From Alphaproteobacteria bacterium (GTDB lineage Bacteria; Pseudomonadota; Alphaproteobacteria; MPNO01; UBA830), in NCBI GenBank assembly GCA_965243135.1, contig OZ251539.1, positions 1,312,001 to 1,376,000 on the forward strand: a stretch of DNA of 64,000 nt, in the 5' to 3' direction. Shown piece after piece: positions 20,221 through 31,740 of the stretch. Positions within the stretch are counted from its first letter, which is position 1; every line of letters starts with the position of its first letter. Position numbers and translations under genes: made by a program. The notes beneath the pieces are model-generated. The model was not told the origin of the DNA, did no database searches, and saw nothing but the letters and a program-made list of their open reading frames with translations.

Positions 20221-20420
20221 CCGCAACGTCTCGAAATGCGGACAGCTTTCAAGAGTGCCGAATTTTTTCCTCGGATACGGAAAACTGCGGATTCTCCGCG
20301 CCGGGACCGCGATTTTCGCAGATTCCACCCCACGGCCGGCCGGGCGCCGCCCCTGGCCGCCGGCGTTCAGGCCACGGCCCGGTTTGCACCGGGTTTGCGG
20401 CGCGGCAACCGGATTCCCGC

Positions 20421-20655
20421 CTTTGTTGTGTAACTCACCCCGAGCTGCCGGCTGCGCAAAACCGTTCCACGAGATTTTTTCGCGGCGGCGCTCGCCGTTC
20501 GAGAGGAGCTTGACGCTGAGGGCAGCCCCGCCCTGTCTTCGCGCCGCGCCGCCCGAACGCGGAACGGTTATTTCCGCGAGCGGCGCGAGGCCGGGAGAAC
20601 CACCCCCAAAGTTACATGCTACGGGGTGAGCCATGAGCGTTTGTTGTTCTGAAGA
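20421..20655 (+). repeat. Dispersed ~240-bp repeat, copy B
   Basis: CTTTGTTGTGTAACTCACCCCG ... CGCCCGAACGCGGAACGGTTAT ... AAAGTTACATGCTACGGGGTGAG. Confidence 0.85.
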
Positions 20656-20811
20656 CTGAGCGCCCGCGAGGCCTTTGCGGGCTGCCGGCGGGCGGGCGGA
20701 GCGGTTCGCGGGGCGTCGGCCGGGCGGCAGGCCGACAAAAAACGGAACGGCGCAAACGGCCCGACGAGCCTTCTCCTTGACGGCTCCGGCATGGAGGCCT
20801 ACCCTCTTCGG

Positions 20812-22331
20812 ATGACGAGACGCATGCTTCCGACCGGCATGTCCTCCCTCCGGACGATCCGGGAGCTGGACTGCTACTACGTCGACAAGACGGACCATGT
20901 GCGCCGCCTCGTCGAGAGGGGCAGGTACTATTTCCTGTCGCGTCCGCGGCGGTTCGGCAAGAGCCTGCTGGTGGACACGCTGCAGAAGCTGTTCGAGGGA
21001 AACGAGGAGCCGTTCCGGGGCCTCGCCATACATGGCGCATGGGACTGGTCGGCGCGCCGGTGCGGCTGGATTTCGGCGGGGGCGATTTCGGAGACCCGGA
21101 CGGGGTTCGGGAAGAAACGGAAGCGCAACTGAAGGCGGCGGAGAGGCTGGCCGGCATAGAGCCGGGCAGCGCCAGAGTTTCGATCCGCTTCCGGGAACTG
21201 ATCGCGGCCCTGCACGAGCGCACCGGGCGGCGGGCGGTCGTTCTGGTGGACGAATACGACAAGCCGATTCTGGACGCGCTCGGCGACCGGGAACTGGCGC
21301 TGGCCAACCGCGACTTCCTGCGCAGCCTGTACGGGGTGATCAAGGCTTGCGACGAGCATCTCCGTTTCGTTTTCCTGACGGGAGTGAGCAAGTTCTCGCA
21401 GGCGGGCCTGTTCTCGGGCCTGAACAACCTGAACGACATCACGCTGGACGAGCGCTACGGCGCCCTTTGCGGCTACACGGATGCGGAGCTGGACGCGGTC
21501 TTCGCCCCGGAACTCGAGGGCTTGGACCGGGCCGAGGTGCGGCGCTGGTACAACGGCTACAACTGGCTCGGACCGGAGAGGGTCTACAACCCGCACGACA
21601 TCCTGCTGCTGTTCGACAAGCGCAGATTCCGCCCGTACTGGTTCCAGACCGGCACGCCGACCTTCCTCGTCGACCTTCTGGCGCGACGCCGGGTCTCGGC
21701 GCCGGCCCTGGAGGGCATGTTCGCGGACGACGATCTGCTGTCGGCCATCGACGTCGACCGCATTCCCGTCGAGGCGCTGCTGTTCCAGACCGGCTATCTG
21801 ACCATCGCCGACGAGAAGCGGGATGAGGACGCGCCCCTCTACCGGCTGGACTACCCGAACCATGAGGTGAAGCGCAGCCTGAATGCGCTCTTGCTGGAGG
21901 CGATGGTGCCGGACGTCGCGGTCGCGGCGGAGGGCCAGGAGTTGCGCCATCTGATGCGGACGAACGACTTCGCGGGCCTCGAGCGGCAGTTCCGGGCGTT
22001 GCTGGCGAGCGTCCCGAACGAGTGGTACGCGAACACGGGCCTGGCGGGGGCGCACTACGCGAGCGTGCTCTACTCGCACTTCGTGGCGGCGGGGATGGAC
22101 GTCCGCGCGGAGGAGAGCACGGCGCGCGGCCGCTCGGACCTGACGGTCCTGTACGGCGGCAAAGTCTATCTGTTCGAGTTCAAGGTCGTGGACGGGAAGG
22201 GGCGGGCTCTGGCGCAGATTCGGGAGCGCGGCTACGCGGACAAGTACCGGCGTCCGGACGTGCCGGTCCACCTGATCGAGTTCGGCCGGGAAGAGCGCAA
22301 CATCGTCGGGTTCGAGTTCGAGACCGTCTGA
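20812..22331 (+). pseudogene. AAA-ATPase-like + PD-(D/E)XK protein, copy 1 (frameshift near 21055)
   Basis: YVDKT, SRPRRFGKS, LVDEYDKP, FLTGVSKF, GRSDL...FEFK; short deletion relative to copy 2 breaks the frame. Confidence 0.85.
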
Positions 22332-22499
22332 AACCGGGAGCCGGACGAGGTTCCGTCCGCGCGTTTCGGCAGCCGCCTCCGAGAAAGGCCGTCGGCCGGG
22401 CGGTCGACACGAAAACGGCGCAACGCAAGCGCCTCGCGAACGAGCCTTCCGGGGGCTCATAGAGGAGCAGCATCGCGCCGGTCTGCTACGCTCGCAGAG

Positions 22500-23110
22500 T
22501 CTGGAGCCACGCCACCGGGTCTTGCTGGTCGGCCCTCCCGGGAATGGAAAGACGTCGCTGGCCGAAGCTCTCGCGGAAGCGCTCGCGGTTTCGTTCTTCG
22601 TCGTTCGCTACGACGCGATCATCGGTAGCTTCCTCGCCGAGACGGTTGCGGCGGGTGTTCGACTGCGCCCGAACGACTCCATGCGTCCTGTTCTTCGACG
22701 TATGCCGTGGGCAAGGAGCGCGGTGACGTGAACGAGACGGGGGAGACCAAGCGCGTGATGACTTCGCGCAGGTCGACGATCTCTCCAGCTACACGGTCGT
22801 CGCCGCCGCGTCGAAGCATTCGGAGCCGCCCGACCGGGCGGTCTGGCGGCGCTTCCAGATTCGCTTGGAACTCCCCGCGCCCACGCAGACGCAACTGGCG
22901 CGATATTTCGATGCGTTCGCGCGCAAGCAGCCTCTGGGACGAAGCGCGGAATCGATCGCTAAATCTATGGGCAACATCAGCTACGCGGAAGCGGAAGCAT
23001 TCTGTCACGACATCTGCAGGAGCCTCGCCTTGTCGCCGGAGAGTGCTCGGTCCAGGCGGTGGTGGCTGAGCAGTTGGCGCTGTGGAAAGCGAGGGCCCGC
23101 CATTCTGCGC
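22500..23110 (+). pseudogene. IetA-like AAA ATPase remnant
   Basis: EPRHRVLLVGPPGNGKTS, GKERGDVNETGE, DRAVWRRFQ; homologous to 34855-35871. Confidence 0.75.
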
Positions 23111-23114
23111 CCGA

Positions 23115-25170
23115 GTGACCGATTATCCTCTCCTTCCGCTGTCGGAGCCGGGCGAACCACCGAGGTCGAAGCGCTTTCCGCGAGACCGCCCGCTGCTGTT
23201 TCCCCAACGTCAAAGGCAACGCTTCGGTCCCCAATTCAACCGTCTTCAAACGGTCCTGGCTTCCGACGAGAGCGGGTTATCGCTTCGCGCCGATCCATTG
23301 CGCCGGAACGCGCTCTCGTATTCGGGCAGCAATTCCCGCTAAGGCTCGACACCCTTGGAAAATATGGGGTCTGAAAAAAAATTTTCGTAGACTTTTCGAG
23401 GCGATTCGGGGCTATTTGTCTTCGAGCGGAGATTCTTTCTCTGGAAAGTGCTCCGAAGGCGAGGCGGGATCGTACCAAAATGGCCAGAATGCCAGGCATG
23501 CGCAAGACGCTCAGCGCTCCGGGATTGCTGAAGGCGCTCCGGGAGATTTTTGACGGCATTGAGGATCTGACGGCGAGTCGAGGCGTCGCTCTTTCGGATT
23601 GCCTGATGTCGGGGATTGCAGTATTTGGTTTGAAGTACAAATCTCTTTTAACGTTTGATCGCGACGCACGTTTTGATGAAACGGTTCGCAATAATCTTGC
23701 GACATTGTACGGGATTGAGAGAGCGCCTTCCGATACCAGGTTGCGCGAGCGTCTGGACGACGTTGACCCCCGTAGTTTACGTCCCGCTTTCACGAAGATG
23801 TTCCAGTTGCTTCAGCGCGGAAAGGGTCTGGAAGGTTACACCTGTCTAGGCGGGCATTATCTTTTATCCGTTGACGGAACGGGATATTTTTCATCTCACA
23901 AGGTGCACTGTAAAAGCTGCTGTGAAAAGCATCACAGGAACGGAACAATCACGTACTACCACCAGATGCTGGGGGCAGTTCTCGTGCGCCAAAAGGAAGT
24001 TTTCCCTCTTGCACCGGAGCCGATTACCAAGAAAGATGGAAAGAAGAAAAACGATTGCGAACGCAACGCAGCGACACGACTGTTGCGCGATGTGCGGCGG
24101 GAGCATCCGTTTTTGAAATTGATAGTGGTAGAGGACGGGCTTGCCTCGAACGGCCCGCATATCAAGCATCTCAAGGAGTTGAACCTTCGCTTCATACTGG
24201 GTGCCAAGCCGGGAGACCATAAATTTTTGTTTGGTGAACAGGTCACGATCTGTGAAACGTGCCGAATTTTCCGATGAAGAAGGTGTACGGCACGAATTCA
24301 GATATCTTAACAACGCACCACTCAACGACGCGAATTTCGACCTTGAGATCAACTTTGTGGAATACTGGGAAAAGCATCCCGACGGCAAAAAGCAACGCTT
24401 TTCCTGGGTTACAGACCTGCCAGTAGGAGAGCACAACCTGATGGAGATAATGCGTGCCGGGCGTGCACGCTGGCGTAAACGAGACCTTCAACACCCTGAA
24501 GAACCAAGGTTACAACTTCGAACACAACTTCGGTCATGGTTACAAGCATCTGTCGAATGTCCTGGCTAACTTGATGATGCTAGCTTTCCTGCCAGATTCA
24601 GCAGAGATGTTGCAATCTGTTTCAAAGAGCACGGAAGAAAGCCGAGCGTTCCATCTACTTGTGGGAGAAGTTGAGAGCTATGTTCTTCAACTTTTCACTG
24701 CCAGGCTGGGAAGCGCTTTATCGTGCTATAGCGTTCGGATACAAAAAGCCGATTCTGGAACCTTACGATACTTCTTGACATAATAATTTTTCGAAGTGTG
24801 TAGCAGGTTCTTCAGGGGGAAACATAACCGACGAAAGCTCGGCCATAAAGCCGGACGTTAGACGTCTGTCCTGACGGTCGTGCCTCTTGCCGAGAAAATC
24901 CTTTGCATCTGACTTGGCACGACCACTACAAGTTAGCGGGAATTTCTGGTATTCGGGGTCATGGGTTCGATCAGTGATTTCTACCAACTTGTCGCGAGCA
25001 TTCGAGGGCTCGAGTTTTGGGCCGATGAAGAAACGCTATTCGACCCGGACGACGATTTCGTAGAAGCACGCCAAGGCAAGCATGGGCAGCCGGGACAAGC
25101 CGGTGGGAGGCACGCTGTGCCATGCCCGATATTAGGGCTCTACGGGAATTGCTCCGGTTGTGGAACGTCT
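23115..25170 (+). pseudogene. IetS-like S8 peptidase N-terminus, split by an IS
   Basis: DYPLLPL..FGPQFNRLQ before the IS and LVFGVMGSISDF..GLEF..DPDDDF after it; parallels 34390-34862. Confidence 0.6.
23327..24948 (+). mobile_element. CAG-ended DDE insertion sequence, copy 1 (frameshifted transposase from 23480); IS4-like/ISNCY, family uncertain
   Basis: IRs CAGCAATTCCCGCTAA / TTAGCGGGAATTTCTG; 9-bp TSD GTATTCGGG (23318-23326, 24949-24957). Confidence 0.92.
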
Positions 25171-25173
25171 GGC

Positions 25174-25630
25174 GTAAGCGTTCGGTCGTGGGGTGGCGAC
25201 GTTGAGGCCCTGCCTCCAGGCAGGGGCTTCAATCAGACATCCTTGACCGGGAGGGCGCGTTCGCGCCGGGTGCTGCGCGGCCTGCGCCGCCCCTGGTTGG
25301 CGGTTCAGTAGCAGGTTCCTCGCGAAGTCCCGAAGAGTAAGCGTTCGGTTGCGAAGCGGGCTGTCGAGCCCGGCGAATCGCCAGCCCTGGACACCTTTTT
25401 TTTGTTCCACGGTTGCCATGGCGGTCGAACCTGCGCACGCGCGCTTTCCGGGACCGTGCCGTCGGGCGACGGCCAGGCTCTGGCTGCGGCGTGCCGAGGC
25501 GGCTCTCTGCCAGGCGCTGGAGAGCGCAAAAGCGGAGAAGTTTCGCGCCGAGAGGTGGCGGGGAGCTTTCCACCGGGCGTTGGCTCTGAAAAAGAGATGC
25601 GAGGTGCCGCCCGGAGAGACGGCAGAGGAG
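25174..25630 (+). mobile_element. IS66-like remnant: inverted right end (25174) followed by left end (25337)
   Basis: GTAAGCGTTCGGTCGTGGGGTG, then GTAAGCGTTCGGTTG; same layout as 42935/43079. Confidence 0.7.
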
Positions 25631-25767
25631 GCCCTTGCGGGCTGCCGGCGGGCGGAGCGGTTGGCGGGGCGTCGGCCGGGCGGCAGGCCGACAAAAAAAG
25701 GAACGGCGCAAACGCCTCGAAGAGCCTTCTCCTTGACGGCTCCGGCATGGCGGCCTACCGTCTTCGG

Positions 25768-27309
25768 ATGACGAGACGCATGCTTCCGACCGGCATGTCC
25801 TCCCTCCGGACGATCCGGGAGCTGGACTGCTACTACGTCGACAAGACGGACCATGTGCGCCGCCTCGTCGAGAGAGGCAGGTACTATTTCCTGTCGCGTC
25901 CGCGGCGGTTCGGCAAGAGCCTGCTGGTGGACACGCTGCAGAAGCTGTTCGAGGGAAGCGAGGAGCCGTTCCGGGGCCTCGCCATACATGGCGCATGGGA
26001 CTGGTCGGCGCGCCATCCGGTCGTGCGGCTGGATTTCAGCGGCGTGGGCGATTTCGACAGCCCGGACGGGGTTCGGGGCACCGTGGAAGCGCAGCTGGAA
26101 GAGACGGAGATGCAGGCCGGCCTCGAACCGGGCCCCGCCGGGGCGGCGGTCCGTTTCCGGCGCCTGATAAGGACGCTGCACGAGCGCACCGGGCGGCAGG
26201 TGGTCGTTCTGGTGGACGAATACGACAAACCGATTCTGGACGCGCTCGGCGACCGGGAACTAGCGCTGGCCAACCGCGACTTCCTGCGCAGCCTGTACGG
26301 GGTGATCAAGGCCTGCGACGAGCATCTCCGTTTCGTTTTCCTGACGGGAGTGAGCAGGTTCTCGCGGGCGGGCCTGTTCTCAGGCCTGAACAACCTGCGC
26401 GACATCACCCTCGACCCGCGTTTCGGCGCCATCTGCGGCTATACCGACAACGAACTGGACGCGGTCTTCGCCCCGGAACTTGAGGGTCTGGACCGGGACA
26501 AGGTCCGGCGCTGGTACAACGGCTACAACTGGCGCGGGCCGGAGAGGGTCTACAACCCGTTCGACATTCTCCTGCTCTTCGAAACGCGCGAGTTCGATGA
26601 GCACTGGTTCCAGACAGGCACGCCGACCTTCCTCGCCGACTTTCTGGCGCGTCGCCGGGTCTCGGCGCCGGCCCTGGAGGGCGCGGTCGCGAACGCCGCG
26701 CTGCTGTCGGCCCTCGACGTCGACCGCGTTCCCGTCGAGACGCTTTTGTTCCAGACCGGCTACCTGACTATCGTCGACGAGAAGCGGGACGGGGACGCGC
26801 TCCTTTACCGGCTGGACTACCCGAACCAGGAGGTGAAGCGCAGCCTGAACGAACTCCTGCTGCAGACGATGGCGCCGGATGTCGCGGTCGCGGCGGAGAG
26901 CCGGGAGTTGCGCCGCCTGATGCGGACGAACGACTTCGCGGGCCTCGAACGGCAGTTCCGGGCGTTGCTGGCGAGCATCCCGAACGAGTGGTGCGCGAAC
27001 ACGGGCCTGGCGGGGGCGCACTACGCGAGCGTGCTCTACTCGCATTTCGTGGCGGCGGGGATGGACGTCCGAGCGGAGGAGAGCACGGCGCGCGGCCGCT
27101 CGAACCTGGCGGTCTTGTACAACGGCAATGTCTATCTGTTCGAGTTCAAGGTCGTGGACGGGAAGCCGAAAGGCCGGGCTCTGGTGCAGATTCGGGAACG
27201 CGGCTACGCGGACAAGCACCGGCGTCCGGGCGTGCCGGTCCACCTGATCGGGATTGAGTTCGGCCGGGAAGAGCGCAACATCGTCGGGTTCGAGTTCGAG
27301 ACCGTCTGA
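25768..27309 (+). CDS. AAA-ATPase-like + PD-(D/E)XK protein, copy 2 (intact frame)
   Basis: Same motifs as copy 1; the nuclease motif reads GRSNL...FEFK. Confidence 0.88.
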   Translation: MTRRMLPTGMSSLRTIRELDCYYVDKTDHVRRLVERGRYYFLSRPRRFGKSLLVDTLQKLFEGSEEPFRGLAIHGAWDWSARHPVVRLDFSGVGDFDSPDGVRGTVEAQLEETEMQAGLEPGPAGAAVRFRRLIRTLHERTGRQVVVLVDEYDKPILDALGDRELALANRDFLRSLYGVIKACDEHLRFVFLTGVSRFSRAGLFSGLNNLRDITLDPRFGAICGYTDNELDAVFAPELEGLDRDKVRRWYNGYNWRGPERVYNPFDILLLFETREFDEHWFQTGTPTFLADFLARRRVSAPALEGAVANAALLSALDVDRVPVETLLFQTGYLTIVDEKRDGDALLYRLDYPNQEVKRSLNELLLQTMAPDVAVAAESRELRRLMRTNDFAGLERQFRALLASIPNEWCANTGLAGAHYASVLYSHFVAAGMDVRAEESTARGRSNLAVLYNGNVYLFEFKVVDGKPKGRALVQIRERGYADKHRRPGVPVHLIGIEFGREERNIVGFEFETV

Positions 27310-27480
27310 AGCCGGACGAGGTTCCGTCCGCGCGTTTCGGCAAGCGGGGCCGCCTCCGCGAAAGGCCGTCGGCCGGGCGGTCGACACGAAAACGGCGCAG
27401 CGCAAGCGCCTCGCGAACGAGCCTGCCGGGGGCTCATAGAGGAGCAGCATCGCGCCGGTCTGCTACGCTCGCAAAGCATA

Positions 27481-27517
27481 CCCAAAGTCACATGCTACGG
27501 GGTGAGCAGGCACCGAT
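27481..27517 (+). repeat. Dispersed repeat, partial copy C (3' end only)
   Basis: CCCAAAGTCACATGCTACGGGGTGAGCAGGCACCGAT. Confidence 0.75.
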
Positions 27518-27620
27518 TACGAAAATTTTCCGTATCACCGAACACTTACCGCCACATCTCGCTGCAAACAGTCAATCAGGTGCCACATCTGGTATGTCAA
27601 GTTTCAAAATTGAAATGGAC

Positions 27621-27833
27621 TTAACCAACGCGCGAATACGGATAGGCGTTTTTGATGTAGGCGTGCAGGAATTGCCCTTTTGAGCCTGCCCTCATCAATT
27701 CGTTATATATGTTCTCTGGAACATTGTAATACTGGTAGACTGAACCGCTGAGAAACTCGATTTCGAGAGTCTCGGTCTCCCGACTGTAACCGACGGAAGC
27801 GAGGTTCGATGAAGCGACAGGGTCCTTCTGCAT
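27621..27833 (-). CDS. KTSC domain protein
   Basis: VASSNLASVGYS..TLEIEF..GSVYQYYNVP..Y..LM.AGSKGQF...IK. Confidence 0.92.
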   Translation of the reverse strand: MQKDPVASSNLASVGYSRETETLEIEFLSGSVYQYYNVPENIYNELMRAGSKGQFLHAYIKNAYPYSRVG

Positions 27834-27842
27834 GACAGCCTC

Positions 27843-29684
27843 TCAGGCGTTTTCGGATGGATCTTCGACAGATTCGCGTTCGATACCCACATCGCGCACA
27901 ATAGCACGAGGCCTTTGCGCGCGCCACGACGCGACGACTCGATCATATCCTTCGGGTCTCCGGGCAAGAGACCATTGCGAACTGACCTCGGGGTCAGTGC
28001 TTTGCGGCCGCCGCCCTTCCGGCGGCAAGGTGATACGGCAACGCATGGGCAACTTGGTTGCTTCACCCACAACGATCGCCTCGCCCGTGCGAAGAACGGG
28101 CAATACATCGAGAAGCCCGACGATACCGTCCGGCAGCGTGCCCCGAACGTGATCGCGATCTGTCCGGTTTGAGAGCCGAAGTGCAAAGAATGTTCCGCAC
28201 TGTGCGAGGATGGTTTCGTCAACCTCGGAAGGCCGCTGGCTGATGATCATAGCGCCGACTCCGTATTTACGTCCTTCTTTGGCTATTCGCTGAACCATCT
28301 CGGACGCCAAGCTATCGGTACCGCTTGACAAATACCGATGGGCCTCCTCCATTACGATAAGCAGAGGGCGAATTATGCCGCCCTCAGATTTCTCTCTGCT
28401 CCAGAAGAGAGATTCGTAAACGATCTTCAGGATTGATCCGATAAGGCGGTCAAGCACTGCACTTGGCACAGCAGATAGATCAAGTATTGAAATCGATTTT
28501 TCGCCGCCTATCCAGCCGGCGAGCAAGTCGTCAAGGTCACGTTCAGGGCGACCGTCAAGGTCAGGTTCCCAAGGACCGGGATGGAGCAGAAAATCGTATC
28601 TGCGATCTAGAAGGCGAGAGCGCAGTAGATTGAGTTGTCGTCGAATGCCGACCGCTTGCGGATTAAGAAACGGCCCCTGTGCACCCATACCGTGGGTTTT
28701 GTACTGAGGGGCTTTCAACTCATTGGCATCACCCTCAACCTGTAGGGTGGATTGATCCCGGTTTCTTCCCTCGAACGTGGCGATTTCGATATTTATCAGA
28801 TCGTACCAAAGTTTTTTCAAACTGAACGGTAATGGAGTATCGACAGTGATTGAACCTTCTTCAATCCCGGCAAAATCCGCGAAATCGTGGGCGCGTGTCT
28901 TGAGTTCAAATAGCTTCTCGTTGAACGCAGTTTCGCGGGGGCCATCATCTAAGTCGCCAGTCAGAAAAGTAAGCAAATCGGATGCATTCAGTGCCCAATA
29001 TGGGATTAACAATCGCTCTTCTCCAGATTGCGGATCGGCCGAATAGATGGTGGCGACATCCGAAAGCGCCTTTCGATATTCTCCGTGGATATCAAGCACC
29101 AAGATCCTTGCACTCGGGTAACCGCCGCCATCCGCAGGGACGGCGGTGATCGCTTGCAGCAGGCTGGCTATCGTCGTCGATTTGCCCGCGCCAGTCGATC
29201 CAAGAACGGCCGAATGGCGGGTTATCAGCTTGTCGACAGCGATCTTGGCCGGGATGCTCTCGGCACTGGAAAGCGATCCGATAACCACATGTCCGAGATT
29301 GTCAGCCCCGTAGATGTGCGCAAGACTGCCTTCCGTTACAATATGGACGCTGTCGCCGACATTGGGGTATTGACTGATGCCGCGCTCGAAAACGCCGCCA
29401 ACCGACTCGCCGACGAGCTGAACCTCCATCCAGCGACCTGTGTCATCATTGTCTGCCTCGGTTGTTTGGGGTGCCGCCTTGGCACCGACCTCCGAGACGA
29501 CACCGAACAAGTTCTGATACCCTTGGGGAATACGGACGAAGCTAGCCACTTGACCGATACGGTAGGTACGGCCCTCGATAATGGACAGGCCGGAAGCGAC
29601 GGATTGCGCCAAATGGACGCCGATGGACGAGCCCGAAACTGACGCGACAGTGCCGAGATAGGTGGGATCATGGCTAATCATCAA
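27843..29684 (-). CDS. herA: HerA/FtsK-like ATPase (DUF87)
   Basis: N-terminal HAS-barrel-like region, HSAVLGSTGAGKS, DIHGEY, EEAHRY, KEGRKYG, SQRPSE. Confidence 0.92.
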   Translation of the reverse strand: MMISHDPTYLGTVASVSGSSIGVHLAQSVASGLSIIEGRTYRIGQVASFVRIPQGYQNLFGVVSEVGAKAAPQTTEADNDDTGRWMEVQLVGESVGGVFERGISQYPNVGDSVHIVTEGSLAHIYGADNLGHVVIGSLSSAESIPAKIAVDKLITRHSAVLGSTGAGKSTTIASLLQAITAVPADGGGYPSARILVLDIHGEYRKALSDVATIYSADPQSGEERLLIPYWALNASDLLTFLTGDLDDGPRETAFNEKLFELKTRAHDFADFAGIEEGSITVDTPLPFSLKKLWYDLINIEIATFEGRNRDQSTLQVEGDANELKAPQYKTHGMGAQGPFLNPQAVGIRRQLNLLRSRLLDRRYDFLLHPGPWEPDLDGRPERDLDDLLAGWIGGEKSISILDLSAVPSAVLDRLIGSILKIVYESLFWSREKSEGGIIRPLLIVMEEAHRYLSSGTDSLASEMVQRIAKEGRKYGVGAMIISQRPSEVDETILAQCGTFFALRLSNRTDRDHVRGTLPDGIVGLLDVLPVLRTGEAIVVGEATKLPMRCRITLPPEGRRPQSTDPEVSSQWSLARRPEGYDRVVASWRAQRPRAIVRDVGIERESVEDPSENA

Positions 29685-29711
29685 TGTCTCCGTCAGCGGT
29701 CAGACTGCAAT

Positions 29712-30929
29712 CTATGATGCCGTTACGCTTTCTTCTCCATTAGAATCCTCCCCGGAAACGTCCGGGGCAGGCCTGAAATTGGTAGCCTGAGCTAGTGCAA
29801 AGAATTGGGCAAACAATGCAAAATCGCCCAAGAGAAACTTTTCGGTTTCCGCGCTCCAGAATGTATTGCGGATCGCTTCCCATTCGTCATTTGGCGACTT
29901 TCCAAGTCCCCATTTTCCTGGAACGCCGAAAATCATGGCGTTGTCATTTGCATAAACGCTGAGGTTAGGGCGGCGACGAGCAAGCTCGACCACAGCTTTT
30001 TCTTGCTCCAACTCACGGTATTGAAATGCTAAGACAGCTGTGTGGGTATTGGCAGAAAGTGCCTCATCTATAATGGCCGTTATTTGAGCATCTAAAAATG
30101 AGAATCCAACACATAATAACAAGCTGTCCGGCGTCATCAAAAAAGTGCGAAGGCGCTCGAAAAGTGCAGAGTATGGTTGGCGCGTGATCTGATCGTATTT
30201 TAGATGATCCGGATATATTAACACGGTGGCATTGCGGTTTCCTGTCCTGATAATTGTACCTTCTAAAAAATCCCATCCTAGCGACCCATGAAGCTTCCAT
30301 AGCCGCGACCAGCGTGGCGGAAGCACGTCGTCGGAAATGCTAGTCGGATCAAAGAAAGGCCTGTGAGCCCCTGTGAAACCGTCAAAATACGGCAACCGTG
30401 CGCGTTCGAACGCTTCTTCCAGAAGTAGGTCGTAGTTCGGCGTGAATATCTCGATCGGGTGATCGCGGTGGGTGCCGCCAATCCATGAAACGAGCTCCGA
30501 ATAAGGATTTGGTTCGTTGGGAAGAGGTTTTGCAACGATGCCTCCGATAATACTGCATATGCGCCCTGCCATCTCTTCGTAACCGACGCCATTCAGATTG
30601 TGGACTGTAGAACCTCCGATTGCTTGGGAAAGTCGTCGAATGCGGGTTAAAATAGATTCGATATTGGGATTTTTGCCCAATTCAGGCTTAAGTGCATCAA
30701 CGACCGTTTTATCCGGTTCTCCTAAATTCATTTCGACCTCTTGAGTTAGCCGCTCAACATCGGGAATGAGCGGCTGACCATTATCGTCGAGTTTGTTTTC
30801 GTCGTTGACCTTGAGAGAAACTGGCGCGCCGGCACCGATGAGAAATCCAATTCGTTTACGGCCCTGCGAGATAATTTGTCGTAAATCAGCCATAAATCGA
30901 TCAGGATTATGGATTGTGGTTTGAGGCAT
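29712..30929 (-). CDS. SIR2-family NADase of a Sir2-HerA (Nezha-type) system
   Basis: LIGAGA, FTPNYDLLLE, YFDGF, KLHGS, GFSF.D; directly upstream of herA. Confidence 0.9.
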   Translation of the reverse strand: MPQTTIHNPDRFMADLRQIISQGRKRIGFLIGAGAPVSLKVNDENKLDDNGQPLIPDVERLTQEVEMNLGEPDKTVVDALKPELGKNPNIESILTRIRRLSQAIGGSTVHNLNGVGYEEMAGRICSIIGGIVAKPLPNEPNPYSELVSWIGGTHRDHPIEIFTPNYDLLLEEAFERARLPYFDGFTGAHRPFFDPTSISDDVLPPRWSRLWKLHGSLGWDFLEGTIIRTGNRNATVLIYPDHLKYDQITRQPYSALFERLRTFLMTPDSLLLCVGFSFLDAQITAIIDEALSANTHTAVLAFQYRELEQEKAVVELARRRPNLSVYANDNAMIFGVPGKWGLGKSPNDEWEAIRNTFWSAETEKFLLGDFALFAQFFALAQATNFRPAPDVSGEDSNGEESVTAS

Positions 30930-31087
30930 GATGGTCTCTCTGGCTTCAGGGCAACTTCATCGCGGATCTTGCTATGGAAATACTACCGAGTTTCGAGCGC
31001 AAATGGTCGAGTGAATGTTCATATACATATACGAGCCGACGAATCGGAAAGTGCACCTGCACATTCCGCGCCGCCCCATCCGAACGG

Positions 31088-31117
31088 AGAATATCAGATA
31101 TTCCCCCTGTCTGTCAA
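31088..31117 (-). promoter_or_regulatory. Putative promoter of the SIR2-HerA-KTSC operon with a palindromic operator
   Basis: TTGACA-N18-TATTCT on the minus strand; perfect IR GAATATC-A-GATATTC at 31089-31103. Confidence 0.5.
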
Positions 31118-31497
31118 GAACATTTTGAACTGAGATGCCTGCCGAAGTTCGATATCCGGGCCTGATCGTGCGACCGCCGGATCGTTCCGACGCTCGAATC
31201 CCCCTCGCTGTCAGGCGTGGCCGACGCCGACTGGGACGGTGGTGGTCAGGCGGGTTTCGCGATGCCGAGAGAAACCGCCTTTCTGCGGCGCACTGAGATA
31301 TCCAAGTTGAGCGTATCTTGGGCGACCCGTGCGCTCCAGTCGATAGCGTTCCGTCAACGCTTCCCGGCGAGGCACCGGAATATCGTCCATCGTCACCTGT
31401 CCGGTCGAGAGAAACCAGTACGCCACTTCCTGCCCGGCGATCTCCGGGCGTTCGGCGATATCCACCCGGCCGGGAATGCAGCCGTGGTCTGCCTGCC

Positions 31498-31740
31498 CTT
31501 TGCTGTGTAACTACCCCGAGCCGCAGGCCATAACAACCCGTTCCGCGAATCGAAGATTTTTCGCGGCGGTGCTTGCCGTTCGAGCATTCGGGAGCGTGAC
31601 GCTGAGGGCTGCCCCGTATAGCCCTGTCTTCACGCCGCGACGCCCGAACGCGGAACGGTTATGTCGGCGAGCGGCGCGACGCCAGCAAGACCACCAGTTA
31701 CATGCTACGGGGCGAGCAGGCACCGATCATGAGAGTTTGG
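31498..31740 (+). repeat. Dispersed ~240-bp repeat, copy D
   Basis: CTTTGCTGTGTAACT ... CGCCCGAACGCGGAACGGTTAT ... AGTTACATGCTACGGGGCGAGCAGGCACCGATCATGAG. Confidence 0.85.

Noticed and set aside
27499-27536. Tn3-like IR (GGGG-N16-ACGAAAA)
   Set aside because: GGGG belongs to the dispersed repeat, other copies lack ACGAAAA, and there is no partner IR or Tn3 transposase
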